NCBI GenBank assembly: GCA_003250495.1
Contig: QKGH01000353.1
Coordinates: forward strand, 1-59,626
Direction of reading: 5' to 3'
Source: Marinobacterium sp.
Lineage (GTDB): Bacteria > Pseudomonadota > Gammaproteobacteria > Pseudomonadales > Balneatricaceae
DNA: 59,626 nt
This document shows positions 8,889 through 19,407 of this stretch, piece after piece. Each line of letters starts with the position of its first letter. The first letter of the stretch is position 1. Below the pieces are notes generated by a model. The model worked only from the letters and a program-made list of their open reading frames with translations. It did not search any database and was not told the DNA's origin. The translations under genes were made by a program, and so were the position numbers.

Positions 8889-9611
8889 ATGACCTACTGT
8901 GTTGCAATGCGCCTGGCCGATGGGCTGGTATTTGTAGCCGATTCCCGCACCAATGCCGGGGTGGATAACATCTCGACCTTCCGCAAACTGTTCACTTTCG
9001 GTAATGGCCGCGACCACGCGCTGGTGCTGCTCAGCGCCGGTAACCTGGCGACAACGCAAAGTATCGTCGAGTTGCTGCGCCGGCGGATCAATGAGGCGGA
9101 AGAGAACCTGATGACGCTGCCGTCGATGTATGACGAAGCGGCCTATATTGGCAAGCTGATGCGCGAGATCATCGACCGCGACACCCATAACCAGCAGAGC
9201 CAGGGGGTCGACCTGAGCTGCAACCTGCTGCTCGGCGGCCAGATCCGCGGCGAAGCACCGCGTCTGTTCCAGATCTACCCGCAGGGCAACTTCATCGAAG
9301 CCAGCATCGAGACGCCCTACTTCCAGATCGGCGAGTTCAAATACGGCAAGCCGATCCTGGATCGTATCGTGCAGTACGACACGCCGCTGGAAACCGCGCT
9401 GAAGTGCGGGCTGATCTCGATGGACTCCACGATCAAGAGCAATCTGACCGTCGATCTGCCCTTGGATATCCTTATATATGAAACCAATAGTTTCAGCGTC
9501 AGCCGGACCCGCCAAATCAGCGCCGACGACGAGGAGTTCCTGCAGCTACGCAAAGGATGGGGTGAAGGCATCAAAAAGCTATTCAACGAATTGCCACAGT
9601 GCTCGCTCTGA
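8889..9611 (+). CDS. Proteasome-type protease (Anbu, Ntn hydrolase)
   Basis: MTYCVAMRLADGLVFVADSRTNAGVDNISTFRKL with Thr exposed after Met removal; SAGNLATTQ, IYPQGNFI, QIGEFKYGKPILDR. Confidence 0.9.
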   Translation: MTYCVAMRLADGLVFVADSRTNAGVDNISTFRKLFTFGNGRDHALVLLSAGNLATTQSIVELLRRRINEAEENLMTLPSMYDEAAYIGKLMREIIDRDTHNQQSQGVDLSCNLLLGGQIRGEAPRLFQIYPQGNFIEASIETPYFQIGEFKYGKPILDRIVQYDTPLETALKCGLISMDSTIKSNLTVDLPLDILIYETNSFSVSRTRQISADDEEFLQLRKGWGEGIKKLFNELPQCSL

Positions 9612-9741
9612 GTTCCCGCTTTTCGTAAGGGCTTTTTTGCCGGTATAATCCCTGACCAGTTTTTTGGCGCAGTTTGTCCGTCTCACGCCCGAAGGAGAAT
9701 CGACACACTGCCGAACCCATTCCTGACAAGAGGTCGTGACT

Positions 9742-10170
9742 GTGAACAAATTCGCTGTAAAGGCTGCTCATGCACTTTGTGCACTCGGTCTGGGCCTGGC
9801 ACTGGCCGGTTCAGTACAGGCAGCAACTTCTTCTGACGAGGCGATCATCGAGCGCATCAAGCCGCTCGGCCAGGTTTGCATCGCGGGTGACGATAGCTGC
9901 GGCGGTGCCGCTGCGGCTGCGCCGGCTGCGACGGCCGCCCGTTCCGGCGAGGAGGTGTTCAAAGCCAGCTGTGCCGCTTGCCACGCCACCGGCGTCCTGA
10001 ACGCACCTAAGTCCGGCACCGCCGACTGGGAACCCCGTGTCGCTCAGGGCATGGATACGCTGATGACCCACGCGATCAACGGCTTCAACGCGATGCCGCC
10101 GCGCGGTACCTGCGCCACCTGTTCCGACGACGAGCTGCAGGCTGCCATCAAATTCATGAGCGGCATGTAA
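9742..10170 (+). CDS. Cytochrome c5
   Basis: Signal peptide, ERIKPLGQV, CAACH, AMPPRGTCATCSDDE. Start is GTG 9736 or 9742. Confidence 0.9.
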   Translation: MNKFAVKAAHALCALGLGLALAGSVQAATSSDEAIIERIKPLGQVCIAGDDSCGGAAAAAPAATAARSGEEVFKASCAACHATGVLNAPKSGTADWEPRVAQGMDTLMTHAINGFNAMPPRGTCATCSDDELQAAIKFMSGM

Positions 10171-10184
10171 GCCAGCGCTGATCG

Positions 10185-10212
10185 AAAAAGGCTGCCGTTG
10201 GGCAGCCTTTTT
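10185..10212. terminator. Bidirectional intrinsic terminator
   Basis: AAAAAGGCTGCC-GTTG-GGCAGCCTTTTT between the convergent cytochrome c5 and rep genes. Confidence 0.85.
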
Positions 10213-10262
10213 GTTATCCGGACTTCCTGTTATCGGGGCAGCGGCTTGCGCCGGTCAATGCC

Positions 10263-12278
10263 TCAAAGATCGTCGAGCAGTCCGCGCAACCCGCTCAGCG
10301 TGGCACGCCCCTTGGCCCGATTCTGTTCCGGGCTGACATCGCCCAACCCTTCGCGTTCGATATCCTCCGCCGGCAACTCGTCGAGGAAACGGCTGGGGGC
10401 GCACTCCACCTCTTCTCCGAACTGGCGCCGCTTCTTGGCCAGCGTCATGGTCAGGGTACGTTTGGCCCGGGTGATCCCGACATAGGCCAGCCGGCGCTCC
10501 TCTTCGATGGTATCGGACTCGATGCTGTTGCGATGGGGCAGCAGCTCCTCCTCCATCCCCATCAGGTAAACATGGGGAAACTCCAGCCCCTTGCTGGCGT
10601 GCAGCGTCATCAACTGGACCCGGTCGGAATCGTCCTCCTCCTCCTGGCGGTTCATCAGATCGATCAGGATCAAGCGCGCGATCGCCTCCTCGATGCCGGC
10701 CTCCGGGTTATCCTCCTGCAGCCGCTCGAGGGTGGCACGCAGCGAATCGACCAGGAACCAGACGTTCTGGATCCGCTTCTCCGCCGTGGCCTCGCTGGCA
10801 CTGTTCTGGCGGATCCACTCCTCGTACCCGATCTCGTCGATCAGTTCACGGATCGCGGCAATCGGGTCGCCCTGGACGCAGCGCTGGTACAGGGATTCAA
10901 TCATATGGCAGAAGCGCCGCAGGCGATCGATGGCCGCGGCCGGCAGCACCTGCTCCAGACCGATCTCGGCACAGGCGTCGAACAGACTGGCCTGGCGCGC
11001 CGAGGCGTACTCCCCCAGCTTCTGCAGCGTGGTCGGGCCGATCTCGCGCCGCGGCAGGTTGATGATGCGCAGGAAGGCGTTGTCGTCGTCACGATTGACC
11101 AGCACCTTGAGGTAGCACATCAGGTCTTTGATCTCGGCACGGGCAAAGAACGAGGTGCCCCCGCTGATCTTATAGGGCACCTGATAGCTCTGCAGTTTCA
11201 TCTCCAGCATCCGCGACTGGTGGTTACCGCGATAGAGTACGGCGAAGTCGCGGAACGGGATCCGTTCGCGCAGGTGGCGATCGAGGATTTCGGTGGCGAT
11301 ACGGTCGCACTCGGCGTCCTCGTTGCGGGTATGCAGCACCCGCAGCGGATCGCCGGAGCCCATCTCGCTCCACAGGGTCTTTTCGAACACGTGCGGGTTG
11401 TTGGCGATCAGGGTGTTGGCGGCCTTCAGGATACGGCTGGTGGAACGATAGTTCTGCTCCAGCTTGACCACTTTCAGGCTGGGAAAATCCTGCTGCAGCT
11501 GTGCCAGGTTTTCCGGCCGCGCGCCGCGCCAGGCGTAGATCGACTGATCGTCGTCGCCGACCACGGTCAGCGCACCGCGATAGCCCACCAGCTGGCGCAC
11601 CAGGCGGTACTGCGACAGGTTGGTATCCTGGTACTCGTCGACCAGCAGGTAGCGGATGCGCCCCTGCCAGCGCTCCAGCACCTCCGGATGGCTGCCGAAC
11701 AGGCGCACCGGCACCAGGATCAGGTCATCGAAGTCGACCGCGTTGTAGGCGCGCAGATGGCGGTTATATGCCTCATAGGCACGGGCACAGAGGATCTCCA
11801 GCGGACCGTTGGCCACCGCCAGCGCCTGCTCCGGCTCGATCATGTCGTTTTTCCAGGTGGAGATCTGGTGCTGCACCGTCTGCACCTGCTCCGCGTCTTC
11901 GTCGTTATGCAGCAACAGGTCGCGCAGCAGCGCCTTGCTGTCCTGGTCATCGAAGATCGAGAACCCGGGTTTGAAGCCCAGCGTCCGATGTTCGCGCCGG
12001 ATGATGTTGAGACCGAGGTTGTGGAAGGTGGAAACCGTCAGGCCGCGGCTGTCGCGCCCCTGCAGCAGTTGCCCGACACGCTCTTTCATCTCGCGCGCCG
12101 CCTTGTTGGTAAAGGTAACCGCGGCGATATGCCGGGCCGGGATCTCGCACTGTTCGACCAGGTAGGCGATTTTGCGCGTGATGACACTGGTCTTACCGGA
12201 TCCGGCGCCAGCCAGGACCAGCAGGGGGCCCCCGATATAATGTACCGCTTCGCGCTGGCGTGGATTCAGCTTGCTCAT
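10263..12278 (-). CDS. rep: ATP-dependent DNA helicase Rep
   Basis: LNPRQREAV, LVLAGAGSGKTSVITRKI, VDEYQDTN, VGDDDQSIY, LEQNYRS, MTLHASKGLEF. Confidence 0.95.
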   Translation of the reverse strand: MSKLNPRQREAVHYIGGPLLVLAGAGSGKTSVITRKIAYLVEQCEIPARHIAAVTFTNKAAREMKERVGQLLQGRDSRGLTVSTFHNLGLNIIRREHRTLGFKPGFSIFDDQDSKALLRDLLLHNDEDAEQVQTVQHQISTWKNDMIEPEQALAVANGPLEILCARAYEAYNRHLRAYNAVDFDDLILVPVRLFGSHPEVLERWQGRIRYLLVDEYQDTNLSQYRLVRQLVGYRGALTVVGDDDQSIYAWRGARPENLAQLQQDFPSLKVVKLEQNYRSTSRILKAANTLIANNPHVFEKTLWSEMGSGDPLRVLHTRNEDAECDRIATEILDRHLRERIPFRDFAVLYRGNHQSRMLEMKLQSYQVPYKISGGTSFFARAEIKDLMCYLKVLVNRDDDNAFLRIINLPRREIGPTTLQKLGEYASARQASLFDACAEIGLEQVLPAAAIDRLRRFCHMIESLYQRCVQGDPIAAIRELIDEIGYEEWIRQNSASEATAEKRIQNVWFLVDSLRATLERLQEDNPEAGIEEAIARLILIDLMNRQEEEDDSDRVQLMTLHASKGLEFPHVYLMGMEEELLPHRNSIESDTIEEERRLAYVGITRAKRTLTMTLAKKRRQFGEEVECAPSRFLDELPAEDIEREGLGDVSPEQNRAKGRATLSGLRGLLDDL

Positions 12279-12557
12279 TAAAACCTCGAATAACACTAAA
12301 CCTTCGGCAGGATCAGCCGAAGATACTCAGACATCCCGCAGCGGATTGGCGACAGTAGCGATATGCAACCCAAGCGCCAGGGGGCGGTAGCGACACCTGA
12401 GAAACTGGAATATAGCGCGTTAAAACAGTTGTTTAAGGCCTATTACATCCGTTAGGCTGACGCGCAAACGATGCAGGCGGTCTATTATGGCACGGCATGC
12501 ATAAGTTTTGAGCGATAAACCTGCCCCACCTCACAGCAGTTTCGGAAGGACCGGCAG

Positions 12558-14264
12558 ATGTTGGCAGCGATCCAGGCAGTGGAAACCGAACACCAGAAGC
12601 TGGTGCTCCTCGACCCAAGTGCGGGGTTAGAGCCCATATTGCAGTCGATGCTCCGGGCGGAGGATCGCTTCAGCCTCGACCGTTACAGCAGTAGCGCGGA
12701 GATCGAAGACAACCTCGATTCCCATGCCCTGCTGCTTTGTTACGCCCAGGAGCCGCAGATCGGCCTGCACCGCCTCATCCAGCGCGTGCAGTTACGCCAC
12801 CCGGGACTGCCGGTCATCGTCTTTACCGACACCAAGGCCGAAGCCGACCCCTCCCTGCTGATTCGCCAGCCGCTGATCGACCAGCTCTGCCTGACCAGCC
12901 TCAACCGCGAACTGCTGCTGCGCTCGCTGCGCTACGCCCAGTGCACGCGCCGCAGCCAGGACGCGCTGCAGCAATTGAAGATCACCGATCCGCTGACCGG
13001 CGTCGGTAACCGCCAGTTCTTCTACCAGGCGCTGCTCAACGAACTGCAGCAGGGGGTGCAGCTGGCACTGATTACGATCGATTTCGACGCCTTCAGCCGC
13101 TTCAATAACGAACTCGGCCACGATGCCGGCGACGAAGTGGTGCTGGAACTGAGTCGCCGCCTGGCCAGCTGCGGCGGCATTCGCCACCTGTCGCGCATCG
13201 GCAGCGATGAGTTCGCACTGATATTGCCGATCGGCGATCAGGAGATCATCGAACACCGCACCCAGGCGCTGCTCAACGAGATTGTCGGCCAGTTGCTTCC
13301 CGGTTACTCGGTCGGCGACGGCCAGCAGACGCTCAGTTGCAGCATCGGCGTCGCCTTCGCCCCGCGCCACAGCAACGAATTCGACACCCTGATCAAGCAG
13401 GCGGGACTGGCGCGCCAACGCGCCAAACAGCAGCACGGCCACAGCTTCGCGATCTACGATCCGCGGCTGGACCAGGATCAGGACACCGGCATCACGCTGG
13501 AACCCGAACTCTGGCGCGCGCTGCAGAAAGAGGAGTTCGTCCTGTATTACCAGCCGCGTATCGACCTGCGCACCGGTTGTATCACCGGTGCCGAGGCGCT
13601 GATCCGCTGGCAGCACCCCGAGCGCGGCCTGATCGCGCCGGACAGATTTATCCCGGCCTGCGAGAAATCGGGGCTGATCGTGCCAATCGGCTACTGGGTG
13701 ATGCAGCGCGCCGGGCGCGACATGAAGGCGATCCGCGAAGCCGGCCTCAACGGCCATATCGGGGTCAATCTGTCGTTCCGCCAGTTCCAGGACAGCTACC
13801 TGGCCCGCACCATCGAGCGCCTGGTCGATCAGTTGCAGATCGACACCCGGATGCTGGAGTTCGAATTGACCGAAACGGCCCTGTTCGGCGACGAGGCCCA
13901 CGTCAAACAATGCATCCAGACCCTGAGCGCGCTGGGGATCGAATTCTCCCTGGACGACTTCGGCACCGGCTACTCCTCCTTCTCGCTGCTGCAGAAGTTG
14001 CCGATCCAGACCCTGAAGATCGACAAATCGTTCATCGCCGGCGTGCCCGGCAACAGCGATGACGAGGAGATCGTGCGCGCCATCATCAGCCTGGCGCACA
14101 ACCTGAACAAGAGCGTTATCGCCGAGGGCGTAGAGACCAAGGCGCAGCTGGAGTTTCTGATCAAGCAGGACTGCGACCAGGTCCAGGGCTACTTCTTCAG
14201 CCCGCCGGTCAGCCTCGAGCTGTTCCTGAAGATGTTGAGCGCCAACCGCATGCAGCAGGGGTGA
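12558..14264 (+). CDS. Degenerate-REC + GGDEF (GSDEF) + EAL protein, probable c-di-GMP phosphodiesterase
   Basis: DPLTGVGNR, RIGSDEF, AEALIRW, LDDFGTGYSS; divergent from rep. Confidence 0.85.
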   Translation: MLAAIQAVETEHQKLVLLDPSAGLEPILQSMLRAEDRFSLDRYSSSAEIEDNLDSHALLLCYAQEPQIGLHRLIQRVQLRHPGLPVIVFTDTKAEADPSLLIRQPLIDQLCLTSLNRELLLRSLRYAQCTRRSQDALQQLKITDPLTGVGNRQFFYQALLNELQQGVQLALITIDFDAFSRFNNELGHDAGDEVVLELSRRLASCGGIRHLSRIGSDEFALILPIGDQEIIEHRTQALLNEIVGQLLPGYSVGDGQQTLSCSIGVAFAPRHSNEFDTLIKQAGLARQRAKQQHGHSFAIYDPRLDQDQDTGITLEPELWRALQKEEFVLYYQPRIDLRTGCITGAEALIRWQHPERGLIAPDRFIPACEKSGLIVPIGYWVMQRAGRDMKAIREAGLNGHIGVNLSFRQFQDSYLARTIERLVDQLQIDTRMLEFELTETALFGDEAHVKQCIQTLSALGIEFSLDDFGTGYSSFSLLQKLPIQTLKIDKSFIAGVPGNSDDEEIVRAIISLAHNLNKSVIAEGVETKAQLEFLIKQDCDQVQGYFFSPPVSLELFLKMLSANRMQQG

Positions 14265-14268
14265 ACCC

Positions 14269-15768
14269 TCAGCTACCGCTCAGCCCCCTGAACATCAGCG
14301 CTTCCAACAGCTGCTCCTCGCCCACCGTCGCACGGCATTCCAGATCCGCCAACGTCCGCGCCACACGCAGAATCCGGTGACAGGCCCGTGCCGAGACACC
14401 CTGGGTGGCCATGACCCGACTCAGCAACTGACGTGCATCCGCCGGCAACGCACACACCGCCTCCAGCTCGTCCCCCTGCAGATCGCGATTGGTCTTCCCC
14501 TGCCGCGCCAGCTGCAGCGCCCGCGCCGCCACCACCCGCGCCCGCACCGCGGCGCTGGATTCGCCGCGCACGCCCGGCTCCAGTAACGCCTGGGCCGGCA
14601 GCGCCGGTACCTGGAGTTGAATATCGATACGGTCGAGCAGCGGGCCCGACACCCGTTGCTGATAACGCAGCACCTGGTCCGGCGTGCAGCGACAACGATC
14701 GCTGCCGTCGCCGTAATAACCGCAGGGGCAGGGGTTCATCGCCGCCACCAGTTGAAACCGGGCCGGGTAGAGCGTCGAACGGGCGGCCCTGGAGATCAGA
14801 ATTTCGCCCGATTCCATCGGCTCCCGCAGCACATCCAGTACCCGGCGCGGAAACTCCGGCAGCTCATCGAGGAACAGGACGCCTAGATGGGACAGGGAGA
14901 TCTCCCCTGGCCGCGGCCGCCCGCCGCCACCGACCAGAGCCACCGCCGACGCGGTGTGATGGGGCGCCCGGAATGGCCGCTGGCCGGCACAGGCGGGCCG
15001 TACCGAGAGCCCGGCCACCGAATGCACCGCCGCCACGCTGAGGCGCTCGGCCTCCTCCAACGGCGGCAACAGACCGGGCAGACGGCTGGCCAGCATACTC
15101 TTGCCGCTGCCCGGAGGGCCGCTGAACAGCAGATTATGTTGCCCTGCCGCCGCCACTTCGAGTGCCCGCCGCGCCTGCAGCTGCCCCCGTACGTCGGCCA
15201 GGTCGGGCGCTGTCTCCTCCGCCTGGCTCGGCAGGACGGCCTGGTAGGCGGGCAGCGGGGCCCCGCCGCGCAGATGCTCGCACAGCGGCAGGAGGTGATC
15301 GACCGCCAGCAGCTCGACCCCGGTCATCGCCGCCTCGTCCGCATTGGCGGTCGGCACCACGATGGTGCGTCCCGCCTGGTGACAGGCAATGGCCGCGGGC
15401 AGCACGCCCTGGATCGGCCGCACCGCGCCGGACAATGCCAGTTCGCCGATCACTTCGAACCGCTCCAACCCTTCGCAGTTGAGCTGTTTGGACGCCTGCA
15501 GGATGCCGAGCGCGATCGCCAGATCGTAACGTCCCCCCTCCTTGGGCAGGTCGGCGGGGGCCAGATTGACCGTGATACGGCGTTGGGGAAATTCAAAACC
15601 GGCCGTTAGCAACGCACTGCGTACCCGGTCGCGGCTCTCTTTGACCGCCATTTCCGGCAGCCCCACGAGCGAGAACGAGGGCAGTCCACCCGACAGGTGA
15701 ACCTCGACCGCAACAGCCGGGGCTTCGACGCCCAGCTGTGCGCGCGTATGCACGACAGATAAAGACAT
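14269..15768 (-). CDS. comM: YifB/ComM family Mg-chelatase-like AAA+ ATPase
   Basis: VNLAPADLPKEGGRYDL, GPPGSGKSMLA, FRAPHHTAS, LFLDELPEF, AMNPCPCG. Confidence 0.9.
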   Translation of the reverse strand: MSLSVVHTRAQLGVEAPAVAVEVHLSGGLPSFSLVGLPEMAVKESRDRVRSALLTAGFEFPQRRITVNLAPADLPKEGGRYDLAIALGILQASKQLNCEGLERFEVIGELALSGAVRPIQGVLPAAIACHQAGRTIVVPTANADEAAMTGVELLAVDHLLPLCEHLRGGAPLPAYQAVLPSQAEETAPDLADVRGQLQARRALEVAAAGQHNLLFSGPPGSGKSMLASRLPGLLPPLEEAERLSVAAVHSVAGLSVRPACAGQRPFRAPHHTASAVALVGGGGRPRPGEISLSHLGVLFLDELPEFPRRVLDVLREPMESGEILISRAARSTLYPARFQLVAAMNPCPCGYYGDGSDRCRCTPDQVLRYQQRVSGPLLDRIDIQLQVPALPAQALLEPGVRGESSAAVRARVVAARALQLARQGKTNRDLQGDELEAVCALPADARQLLSRVMATQGVSARACHRILRVARTLADLECRATVGEEQLLEALMFRGLSGS

Positions 15769-15812
15769 GACACCGTCCCTGGGTCACTGAGTGGACGGAA
15801 GGCGAGCAGGCC

Positions 15813-16091
15813 TCAGTTGGCGACGGATTGATCCGCGCCGGCATCCCCGCTGCGACGCTCGAGTTCAGCCACTTGCTGCGTTAGCTGCTCCAGCTTTTCC
15901 CGGGTCCGGGCCAGCACCGCACTCTGGGCGTCGAACTCATCACGGGTCACCAGGTCGAGACGCGCAAATGCACTCTGGACCATGCTCCGGACCTGCTGCT
16001 GCAGCTCGCTCTGCCCCGGCAGTTCGCGGCCCCCTCCCAGCAACTGACTGAACTGTGCAGTCAGATTTTCGACCAGCTTCTGATGTATCAC
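15813..16091 (-). CDS. ubiK: Ubiquinone biosynthesis accessory factor UbiK (YqiC)
   Basis: LDLVTRDEFDAQSAVLARTREKLEQL; typical position between glnK and comM; GTG start at 16091. Confidence 0.85.
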   Translation of the reverse strand: MIHQKLVENLTAQFSQLLGGGRELPGQSELQQQVRSMVQSAFARLDLVTRDEFDAQSAVLARTREKLEQLTQQVAELERRSGDAGADQSVAN

Positions 16092-16179
16092 CGCTTTCGT
16101 CCCATCTACATTTTTACATCCCAAAACTATACCCGCTCGTAACGATACTGTCAGTCATGGTGCGGCTCAGCTATTGCGG

Positions 16180-16213
16180 CGCACCAGATTAACGCACGCA
16201 CTCTTACGGTGCA
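16180..16213. promoter_or_regulatory. NtrC binding sites upstream of glnK
   Basis: CGCACTCTTACGGTGCA (16197-16213) matches TGCAC-N7-GTGCA; a weaker CGCACCAGATTAACGCA lies at 16180-16196. Both are ~100-130 bp upstream of the sigma54 site, across an AT-rich tract. Confidence 0.7.
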
Positions 16214-16311
16214 CAAAAATCGACCAATTTGCATATCCATGCACCTTGAAGGGGGTGTTTATTTTTTAATCTTTGAAATTAATTATTTGTTTTTTATTGG
16301 TTTTTTTTAAA

Positions 16312-16327
16312 TGGCATGGGATTCGCT
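16312..16327 (+). promoter_or_regulatory. sigma54 promoter of glnK-amtB
   Basis: TGGCAT-GGGAT-TCGCT with exact -24 GG / -12 GC spacing. Confidence 0.75.
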
Positions 16328-16363
16328 TAATCGAACAGCAACCGAGGTGCCGTACGCCCCTAA

Positions 16364-16744
<381 letters not shown>

Positions 16745-16798
16745 TAACGCGCCGATAACTAGCTATCCGTTGTTAGATGCCTGATGGAGGGCAAATTA

Positions 16799-18058
<1,260 letters not shown>

Positions 18059-18077
18059 GCGTCCGGTTTACTGACCG

Positions 18078-18104
18078 AGGGAGCCCAAACGGGCTCCCTT
18101 TTTT
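18078..18104 (+). terminator. Intrinsic terminator after amtB
   Basis: AGGGAGCCC-AAAC-GGGCTCCCT followed by a T run. Confidence 0.85.
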
Positions 18105-18226
18105 GTGTTACCCGTGCGGATATGCGTCGGCCCAGGATTGTAGGTATACTGGCTGTTCGAGCTGATGCCACGGCCCCGTTTCGACGCGGCAGCCGCAGGC
18201 CCAACCCACGATAAACAAGGAGTTAA

Positions 18227-18568
<342 letters not shown>

Positions 18569-18674
18569 GCGTCAGACCCGAGGGTTAGTTCGAAACGGTT
18601 GATTGTTTGCACAATCGAGGTCCACTCCGTCGCCAGCTACTTGGCATTGGGCTTCGATTGAGCGCGCAAGCGCC

Positions 18675-18739
18675 GCTGCAGTTACTAGTAGTTGCTGCAG
18701 TTACCAGTGTTGCTGCAGTTAATGTAGTCGCTGCAGTTA
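18675..18739. repeat. Four-copy tandem repeat with conserved core GCTGCAGTTA (18-19 bp period)
   Basis: Cores at 18675, 18694, 18712 and 18730, separated by 8-9 nt variable linkers. Confidence 0.9.
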
Positions 18740-19407
18740 AGTGAGAGCGGCGACAAGCAGCCGGTGCCTGATAACGAACCCAAGCTCCCCACGCTCGGCA
18801 GTGCGCCTCCAGCCCTCCCAGGGTCAGTGCTGCTGAACCATCCAGCTCCCCGCGTCAACGGCGGGCATCCATATCTCCCAGCCCCCCGGCATCAACCGTT
18901 GCGCTGCTTGGCTCCCCCGCCCCCAGTCGTCGCCCCCTGCTATATCGTGGATTCGGCCGTCTCGCCCACCCTGCTAAGGCACGGATTCGGTTTAGCGGAC
19001 CAGGGTCCGGCAATTCGGGGCAAGGTGTGCGTTCCAGGAGGCCCCCTGAACTATTCCCGACGACCCAAAGCGGGAAACATTGAGCGCTTGAACGACCAGC
19101 ATCGCCGCCTGGCAGATCCTGCACGGCAGGATGCGAACGCGTCCGGAGGCGCCTATGGCAGTCTCCTGGCCAAAGGGCGAGTCGTTCTGTTCCAAAAACT
19201 TATGCACATACCGAGACACTTAACATAAGAACAACAATATATTGTTTTTAATATAAAAATATAAAAACAGCCACAGATATGACGCAGCCTTCGCACAGAG
19301 TTATACACAAAACGACCCGGTGATTTCAGGCCGTTCCGCTACACTGACAGGGGAATGTCTGCGGCGCCGGCCGTACCCACCCGCGGGATGCAGAGGAGAA
19401 CCATCCG

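Noticed and set aside
12488-12502. sigma54-like TGGCACGGCATGCA upstream of the GSDEF-EAL gene
   Set aside because: GG-to-GC spacing is 2 bp too short, and sigma54 spacing is strict.
18675-18940. CRISPR array interpretation of the repeats
   Set aside because: Repeats (8-10 bp) and spacers are too short or degenerate, and no cas genes are in the window.
18764-19228. 154 aa ORF (and opposite-strand ORFs) in the PII-astA gap
   Set aside because: Pro-rich low-complexity translation, no SD, no family motif; better explained as non-coding.
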